From Eledone cirrhosa (taxonomy: Eukaryota): a DNA stretch of 64,000 bases. Shown in pieces: positions 54,900 through 64,000 of this stretch; positions within the stretch are counted from its first letter, which is position 1; every line of letters starts with the position of its first letter. The position numbers and the translations under genes were made by a program. The DNA is taken from positions 264,492,001-264,556,000 of the forward strand of contig OZ024742.1 of NCBI GenBank assembly GCA_964016885.1, written 5' to 3'. The notes beneath the pieces were generated by a model. It searched no databases and had not been told where the DNA came from. It was given only the letters and a program-made list of their open reading frames with translations.

Positions 54900-55243
54900 T
54901 GGAGGCACATAGCTTAGTGGTTAGAGCATTGACCTTGCAATCGAAAGGTTTTGAGTTCATGTCCCAGACTGGGTGATGTGTTGTTTCCTTGAGCAAGACA
55001 CTTTATTTCACATTGCTCCAGTTTACTCTGCTGCAGAAATGAGATGATAGGGACTGGGGTCCCTATCATTCCACTGCAAAGTGGTCGTGGAGGTGCCACG
55101 GCAAAAAAACACCCAGCACTCACTGTAAATGAGGTTGGTGTTAGGAAGGGCATCCAGCTGTAGAAATCAAGCCAGAATCAGTTCCCATCCCACCCTTGCA
55201 TGCAGGGAAAAGCGGACGTAAAAATGATGATGATGATGATGAT
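54900..55243 (+). mobile_element. tRNA/CORE-like SINE joined to the RTE 3' UTR and (ATG)n tail
   Basis: Head tagcttagtggttagagc..gagttc, central ccttgagcaagacactttatttc, then ggttggtgttaggaagggcatccagc..(atg)n as in the RTE UTR. Confidence 0.7.
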
Positions 55244-55593
55244 TAACCATTTAAGCTCTAAGTTTTATTTTGCATATTTAGTTATCAGAAGAGGCTTGGC
55301 TGTGTGACTAAAAAAAGTTCATTTCTCAGCCACAAAATGTCATGTTCAGTCCCACTGTATGACACTTTGGGAAAGTGTTTACTACTATATCCTTGGATTG
55401 ACCATTGCCCTGTGAGTGAAATTTGGTAGACTGAAATTGTGTAGAAGCCTGTCATATATATGTGTGTAAATATATGTATATATATATATATTTAGGTTTG
55501 AGGTTCACCACTGGATAGAGCTGGTCAATTCCATATGGTCTTTGATTTTCAGCCCCATGGTTTTATCTATTGCATTCACTTATTATATTTCGA

Positions 55594-55651
55594 ATACCTG
55601 ATGATATCACCGGATTCATACGGAACCCGGTCATTGAAATGATCATAGTAT
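55594..55651 (+). ncRNA. Type I hammerhead ribozyme motif
   Basis: atac-CTGATGA-tatcaccgg attc..gaac ccggtcatt-GAAA-tgatca-TA-gtat; palindromic stem III. Confidence 0.72.
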
Positions 55652-55708
55652 AATAAACCTTTCAAGGATTTACACAAGTCCAGCCTCCTGTCATTTCATT
55701 ATAATTAT

Positions 55709-55785
<77 letters not shown>

Positions 55786-56791
55786 ATTTACTGTTTGTTT
55801 ATGTTCTGTAGCTCAACTGCTTGACAAATAGGGATTGATAAGTACTGGGAGGAATATTACTAAGTGTTTTGAAAGTGATGCTCCAGTATGACTGCAGTCT
55901 AATGACTAAAGCCAGTGGGTAAAAGAGAAACTTAGGATCAGAATTTAAAGAGTTTTAAACCATTCACCTAAATATTTTAGAAAATATCTCAGTGTCTTTT
56001 GAGACAAAATTCTGTTAGTGTAAAGTAATCATATGTATGTCTAATTTATGTATAAAGCCAGCAAATTTGGGTTAAGGACAAAGTTGATTCAATCAACCGC
56101 AATACTTGATCGGTACTTTATTTTATTGATACCTAGAAGGATGAAAGCAAAGTTGACCTCAGTGGGTTTTGAACTTAGAATGTAAAGAGCCAGAACAAAT
56201 ACTGCAATGGCAATCCACCACCTTAAAGTTGAAGTGAACATCAATAAAGAATACAAGTAATATTGATCACCTAACCGTGAAAGTAGAGAAACAAACACTT
56301 GGGTTCACTCTTGTCTGAAAATAACAAGTTTATCCTTTGAAGAATTAGATCGTTAATTGGCAGAGTCATTAGGGTGTCGCATATAAAGTGCCTCATTCTT
56401 TGTTCTGGCTCAAAGTGTTAAAATCCTGCTGAAATCGACATTACCCTATGTTTTTGTGGTCAACAAATAAAGTTCTTGTCCAATATTGGGGTCGGCTATT
56501 TCTTTCTCTCACTCTGATTATCTTTCTTTCACACACACACTCTCTCTCTCTCTCTCTCTCTCTCTGACTATCTTTCTTTCACTCTCTCTATCTCTATCTC
56601 TCTCTAATCAACTGTGTTCAAACCTGGAGAATAATGAGCTCTGTCAAGTTTAAAATGTCCAAGACATGCAGGCTGTGTGTCATCATGAGCTAGGAGTCTT
56701 TTACTTTACTTTACCTAACTTTCTAATAAGAAAATGATCTCTATCCTATGCTTAAATTAAGATTTGTTTCAGCTACAAAATTCTATTTGAA

Positions 56792-58830
56792 TCATCATCA
56801 TCATCATCATTATCATCGTTTAACGTCCATATTCCACGCTTGCATGGGTTTGGACGGGTGTTTTCCCACTTGTCTTGTTCGCATAGGACTGTCTGGCGGG
56901 TTTTCTACGGCTGGATGCCCTTCCTAACACCAACCACATTTACAGTGTGGAACTGGGAGGTTTTTACCGTGTTACCTACACGGCCACATTACAGCGTGGA
57001 CTGTGTGTTTTTTTGTCGTGACACCTACACGACCTCATTTGTTTCGGGCTGGATGTTGTGGTACCAACATAACTTTACATTGAAAGGGGTGGTGTGAATG
57101 GGGTGGGGGTAGTGGGACGGGGGTGTATTTTGTTAGAGGTGCCTACTGACTGTAGTACGTTTCACTTTGTACTTGGGTAAGGCGGATCTTCTCTATTACT
57201 GTGTAGCGCCAAAGCTCTCGGTCCAGTGACATTGTCTTGGAGAGGTATAAGTGTGTGAGGTCAGAATTTATCAAGTCGTCCCAGGTTTTTCTGGGTCTGC
57301 CTACTCCGTGGCTACCGTCTATTTTTATTGCCTTGCACTTTTTTATACAGCTGTCGTGTTTCATGCTCATCACGTGACCATACCAACGTAGCCTTCTCTC
57401 GAGTAAACAACATCTGATCCCTCTTATTTCTAATTTTTCCCTTAGCTCGCTTATGCTTTGCCGTTCATGTATATTACTATTACACCTGATCCCTCTTATT
57501 TCTAATTTTTCCCTTAGCTCGCTTATGCTTTGCCATTCACGTATATTACTATTACACATCCAGCGGAGCATGCAAGCTTCATTCCTCTCCAGTCCGCGTA
57601 TATCCTCTGCACAAAATGCCCAGGTCTCACTGCCATGCAACATTGCTGTTCGTATGCAGGCATCATACAGCCTGCCTTTCATTTTTAGGGAGAACTCTTT
57701 AGCAGCTAATAGTGGTATAAGCTCTCTGAACTTTTTCCATCCAGTTCTGACTCTAGCTACTGTACTTTCAGAGCACCCTCCCCCACTGCTGATTTTGTCA
57801 CCCAGGTAACGGAAGCTGTCCACTATTTCTATAGAACCATCTGTGCAATGGAATGGGCTAGTATTCTGTGGGCACTTGCTGCTACTTATTGCACCAGAGC
57901 ACCGGCCACATATAAAATGTGTTCTTAGTTAGCTTACCTGTGATCCCACTACATCTTTTATGCACCCATACTTTGCATTTGGGACATAAAATGGAGTTTC
58001 TACCTACTCGTTTCCTACACACTGAGCATGGCCATTTCCCGGATGGGACCGGCGCCCTATTTTCCTTCCTACAAACTAGAACTTTAGTCTTAGACAGGTT
58101 AATTTTAAGGCCTTTTGATTCTAGGCCATGCTTCCATGTTTGGAATTTCTTCTCTAGTTTGGCCATTGATTCAGCTATGAGTGTTAGATCATCTGCATAT
58201 AGGAGTTCCCATGGGCAGCCGGTCTTGAACACCACTGTTATAGCCTGAAGGTCGATAATAAATAGTAGGGGGCTAAGAACGGAGCCCTGATGAACACCAA
58301 CTTTTACGCTAAACTCTTCACTATATTCGTTGTTAATTCTAACCTTGCTGACTGTTTCTTTATACATGGCTTGTATAGCTCTCACAAGCCATTCATCAAC
58401 ACCTAGTTTTCTAAGAGCCCACCAGATAATGGAACGGGGGACTCTGTCGAAGGGTTTCTCCAAGTCGACAAAAGCTAAGTATAGGGGTTTACTTTTAGCT
58501 AGGTACTTCTCCTGTAGTTGTCGTACAATGAAAAGAGCGTCTGTGGTACTTTTGCCTGACACAAACCCGAACTTCATTTCATCTAGATCAATTCTCTCTC
58601 TGATTAGTTGCGCTATTACTTTTTCTGTGACCTTCATGACCTGGTCGATTAATTTAATGCCTCTATAGTTACTCCTACCTAGGCATCTCCTTTACCCTTG
58701 GAGCAGTTAATGATGATGCTGCTATGCCAGTCCTTCGGAACAACCCCATTCTGTATGACTTGGTTTACTATCCGGGTGACCATGGTGTGTCCCATCGTTC
58801 CAGAAGCTTTCAGCATTTGAATATTGTTAA
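56792..58830 (-). mobile_element. 5'-truncated RTE-clade LINE, frameshifted, with small internal duplication
   Basis: ORFs 57143-57823, 57882-58637 (YADD) and 58679-; duplicated NSNI..LEIRGIRC block. Confidence 0.92.
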
Positions 58831-60660
58831 TATTGCCACCAAGTTGTTTGTTTCTTTTCGTCCTTTTCACCAATTTTGTTTCTGTTGCTGACATTCTTAG
58901 TTGTAGTTCAAGAAATGTTAAACTCTTATGGAAATCTTACTGTTTCTGGCTTTTATTTTGTATTTAACAAGTGGAAATGTTTTCAAGCATCTACTTATGG
59001 CAGATCTATGATTTCAAAAATAACATATTAAAGTGTTCTTCATTGTGTAAGATTTATCATTAGCAGTACTGAAAGCTGACAGATTATATTTTAACTGGAT
59101 GCTCATATAAAGAAAACCATAACTGAAACATTTGAATATTTCATTTGAAACTTATACATTTTTTGAATGTTTCTTTTTAACATTGATTCTAATAATTTTA
59201 ATCAACAAGTATAACTTGTAATTTTAATACGTATAATCATGTAATTTTAATACATATAATCGATTTATAAAGTTTTGGAAATTATTGAGGGAATATATGT
59301 ATTTGTGTGCATATGTATTTTTTTTGTATGCATGTGTGTATATATATATATGTGTGTGTGTATGTGTGTGCGTGTCTATGTGTGTGTGTGTGCATATGAA
59401 ATTTCTCCAGTTTCTTTTCCCATTATATAACAATGAGAAAATGTAAATATGAAATTGATGATGATGAAATCTATTTTGTGTTGATCTTCACTAATTTCTA
59501 CACCTGTTTATGTTAATTGTAGCCTAACATAATCCCCAAACTCGTTAAGTATTTTGCATATTATTGCAGCTTTCATTTGTGTATAGTGTATTTTGGGCAA
59601 ATAACTCTGTAAAAGGTTTTCAGAGCAACACTAGCAACTAATAAAACACTCATTGATTATTAAGACTAAAACTGATTGCAAAACTGTTTAGAGAAGTGAG
59701 TTATATTTTACTATTATCAATTTAGAGCTTGGTGGACTTAGCTAGAAAAATAATTGTTTTGTCCACAAATCTTTGGCCAATATTCTATTGACTAACTGTT
59801 TAAAAGCTCCATAAACTTTATTGGGTCATAGAGATACTTGTAAATTGTAAAGAGCAAACATGCTTAGCATAACAATCCCTCACTATGCTATTGACTATGA
59901 TTGCCAATACTGCTATAAAATGTATTGGATCAAAACAGGATGAAAACCAGATTTCGTTTGCTGATAGTTATTTCAGGTTTCCTGATGATTGGTTCAATTT
60001 AATACTGTTCTTCTTGAGCCATTTGTTTCAACTTACTGAACAGTTTACTTTAAAAATTGTTGGTAAATCTGCTTATTGTTCTCCATTCTTTATTCATTTT
60101 TTCTACATATCTGTCTGTGCATTTATCTATACATCTATCTATAAATCTGTCTATATCTTTGTCTGTTTTACAGCTTGTTGATCTGTTCATTCGATTGACT
60201 TTACATATATCTGTATATAGCTGTACTCACCACTGATACGATAACTATTATTTAAAACGAGCTTGACTAGATACTACTGTAACTACTAAATTCAAACATA
60301 TTTCCTATGATTTAATAGAAACTCAGCTAGAACATCACTGTCATATTGTTATTATTGTTGTTGGTTGCAGAGTGTTCAATATCCAGCTTCATGTAACAAG
60401 GTACTGGAAAAAGGCATACATGTAATGATTTCCTATTAAATTAGATTATATTAACTATAGTTAAGTGATCTTTCTACGAAAGAAATCAGAAATCATGATT
60501 GAGTTATAAAGAAATTCACTTCTAAATGATGAGATTCTGGGTTTTATCCTGCAGAAGGGAACATTGACCATGTATAATCATATATAATCAACCTTGGGGA
60601 CATAATCAACCCTAGGCAATTTAAATGGGTTTGTGTGTGTATATATATATATATATATAT

Positions 60661-60733
<73 letters not shown>

Positions 60734-61593
60734 AAACCCATTTAAATTGTCTAGGGTTGATTACCCATATTGTTAGATACCTGAAATCATTAAAAAATTA
60801 AGCATTAGTGTATGAAATAAATACATATTTATCCTTATATATGAATACAAGTTTTATATGCTTGTATATTTTTGCATGTATGTTGGAGTACATTTTCTTG
60901 TATATGTGATCATTAAGTAATTATAATAGAATGTATTAGTGTATATCATCATCATCATCGTTTAACGTCCTTCTTCCACGCTAGCATGGGTTATATATAT
61001 ACTTTATTTAAGTTACAATTGCATGCGCTCCTTTTTACTCTATTAAGCTACATATCTGGAAGGTTTATAGTTGAGGCAGGCAGTGTTTGATAACATTGTT
61101 ACTTCATCTTGTTAGTTTCCATAGTAACTGCCTCTTTTACTGGAATATTTCTATACATATGAGCATATTGATATGAGCATTTGTGATACATATGAGCATT
61201 TGTGATACATATGAGCATTTGTGATAGCATATGTGAGTGAGAAGTGTTTATTTCCAACACTGATCTAAGTCAGTATTCTGTAGCAACTGCAAAAGTAGAC
61301 CACTGCAGCACAAACTAGATCAGTAATCCTTCTGCAGCTCCAAGATATGTGGGAAGAGAAAGTTGTTAACTGTATTTCTTCTATTACTCTATAGAACGTT
61401 TGTATGTGTGTGAGAGGGAGAGATTTAGACAGAGGCAGGCAAACAAGTAACTAAAACTAAAAGTGTGATTGTGAGAAAGAGAGGGGAAGAGCATGGTGGC
61501 AGTTATGTATTTCTTCTACTGTTCTATAGAACGTTTGTGTGTGCTGGAGAGAATGAGAGGGAGGGACAAGCAAACAAACCACCAAAAGTGTAG

Positions 61594-61640
<47 letters not shown>

Positions 61641-61698
61641 GAGAGAGAGACAGAGAGAGAGATAGAGAGATAGATAGAGAGAGAGATAGAGAGAGAGA

Positions 61699-61738
<40 letters not shown>

Positions 61739-62394
61739 GCAGGGTGGCAGGAAACGAAAGAGTGAGAGTTGTATTGAGATTTCATTCAACAATGTTGGAG
61801 AGGTAAGGAAATCTGTGTTAAGATTTCATTCAACTAAGATTTCACTCAAACTACAGTGCATGTGTTTCTGTTTTCATTGAACAACAGTTTGGCATTAAGC
61901 CATTATTTCTGGAATGTAATGTTTTTTGTTTTGTTTTGTTTTTTTCCTTCTTTTTGTCCAGCTGATTCTATTTCCTGTTTGCTACATTATAAATTTAAAT
62001 TACTTCATAGTGCATTCAAATCCTCAATACTTTTGTCATTGGTATCCTCCTTGACAGCTACTGTTTTACATTGTCCTTTTTCGACATGAGTACTATCCTC
62101 TTTTTTCTTAACTATGATTTGGTTTTCAAATACAAAAATACACACACATATGCCAACATGTAGAGGGACACATGCAGTTATACATGCATATATCATACAT
62201 TTCTTTTTCAAACTCCATTGTTCTAACCTCTTCTTTCTTTTGTCAAACTTTTTAATTCCCAAAGAAGGACATATGTCTGATACATCGAACCCCTCATTTA
62301 CTCCTTTCTGGGCATGAAACTAATAAGGCTTTGTGTTTTTGCATCTGTGTTTGTTTTGTTCATACTTGAACTATATATACATATATATATAACT

Positions 62395-64000
62395 ATATAT
62401 GATTGGCAGAGCAGCATCAATGTCAATTGCTACAAGGGCAAAGGCGGGTCACTAGATAGAGGAAACTACCAAGGCAGGAAATTGAGAAAGTCTTTGTACA
62501 ACTGATTAGGGATCAAATTAACCTAGATGTAATGCAGTTCAGATTTGTGCCAGGTAAAAGTACCACATATGCTCTCTTCCTTGTGAGGCAACTGCAGGAG
62601 AAATATCTAACCAGAAGTAAACCCCCTGTACTTAGCATTTGTTGACATGAAGAAAGCTTTAACAGGGTCCTCAATTCTGTAATCTGGTGGGCACTTAGGA
62701 AACTAGGAGTGGATGAGTTACTTGTGAGAGCAGAAAAAGCCATGTGTAGAGGTGCAGGCAGCAAAGTTAAGATAAATAATGAGTATAGTGAAGAGTTTAG
62801 TGTGCAAGTTGATGTCCACCAAGTGTCCGTCCTTAGCCCTTTGGTGTTTATTATTGTCCTCCAGGCTATAACAGAAGAATTCAAAACCAAATACCCTTGG
62901 GAACTCCTGTATACTAACTCTTATAGCTGAATCTATGGCAGAACTAGAGAAAATATTCCTGACCTGGAAGCATAATCTGAAATTAAAGGATCTTAAAGTC
63001 AACTTGGCAAAGGCCAAAATTCTAGTAAGTAGTAAGGAAAACAAGGCCCTTATCCCTTCTGGGAAATGGCTCTGCTCAGTGTATAGGAAAGAAGTAGGTA
63101 GAAATTCTATCCTCTGACCCAAATGCAAACTAGATGTTGTGGGATTTCAGGTAGGCTAGCAAAGAATATAGCTTTTACATGTGGGCAGTGTACAAGGGCA
63201 GTAAGCAGCAAATGCTCACAGGAAACAAGCTCTATCAAATTCTTAGAGGGTGCCATAGAAGCAGTTTCTGTTATCTGGGGCACCAAATTAGCAATGGAGG
63301 TGGGTGTTCCAAAAGAACAAGTAGTCGAGTAAGAACAGGATGGAAGGAGTTCAGGGAGCTACTACCACTGCCAGCTACAAAAGGCTTTTCCCTCAAAATG
63401 AAGAGCAGTGGTGTATACAAACTGCAATGTTACATGACAGTGAGATATGGGCACTGTGTGCAAAGGAACTGCGTAAATTGAAAAGAAATGATGCTTGCAT
63501 GCTCCGATGCATGTACATGAATGGCAAAGCATAAATGAGCTGAATGAGAAACATGGCCTAAGAGGGATCAGTGTACAGGAGAGCAGATTATGGTGGTGTG
63601 AACATGTGATGTGTATGAAGGATGACAACTGCATAAAAAGATGCAAGATACTCAAAGTTAATGGAAGATTTGGAGAAGGAAGAACTAGGAAGATTTTTCG
63701 ATGAAGTGATAACAGTTGACCTCGTACAATTGTACCTCTCAAAAGCGATGGCACAAGTTCGAGATCACTGGAATCATGCAATAATACAGAAGACCAGCCT
63801 TCTCATGTGCAAGGGTCGAAGCATACATCTAGTATGTACCACCTTCCCCTACTTTCCCTTCCCTTTCTTTCCCATACACCGCACACTTTCTAACACTCCA
63901 CCTCTTCTCCAACAACCCCATCCTTCCAGACTACACTGTAAAGAGGTCGTTTTGGTGCCACAACAAAAACCGCTCACTCCATATTATAAAGTGGTTGGGT
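62395..64000 (+). mobile_element. Older, decayed RTE-clade LINE
   Basis: Fragments NCYKGKG..NYQG, VLSPLVF, IPSGKW.CSV, RVRTGWK and LWWCEHVM with many stops and frameshifts. Confidence 0.88.

Noticed and set aside
60371-60400. Possible 30-bp micro-exon (ttgcag|...AAG|gtact)
   Set aside because: Splice-like motifs alone are common; no homology or transcript evidence.

Overview
AT-rich, repeat-saturated animal DNA. The SINE/LINE families and the (TA)n/(CA)n/(GA)n load suggest an octopus or other cephalopod, but that is an inference. No host protein-coding gene can be supported, and most listed ORFs are microsatellite artefacts (IY/VC/TH/ER repeats). Identifiable content: many truncated RTE-clade LINEs (one lineage with a PHD-like Zn finger inside the RT region), CR1/L2-group and CRE LINE fragments, tRNA-derived SINEs, non-autonomous Helitrons, and hAT, piggyBac, mariner and pogo/Tigger remnants. 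The main finding is a nearly invariant 310-bp tandem array (46871-50458, about 11.6 copies). Each unit carries a minimal type I hammerhead ribozyme on the minus strand inside a highly structured monomer, which fits a non-LTR retrozyme that may make circular RNA. About ten further, sequence-diverse hammerhead motifs are scattered through the window, several inside inverted-repeat modules that abut (TA)n tracts. This points to a Penelope-like, ribozyme-bearing retroelement system at TA microsatellites.
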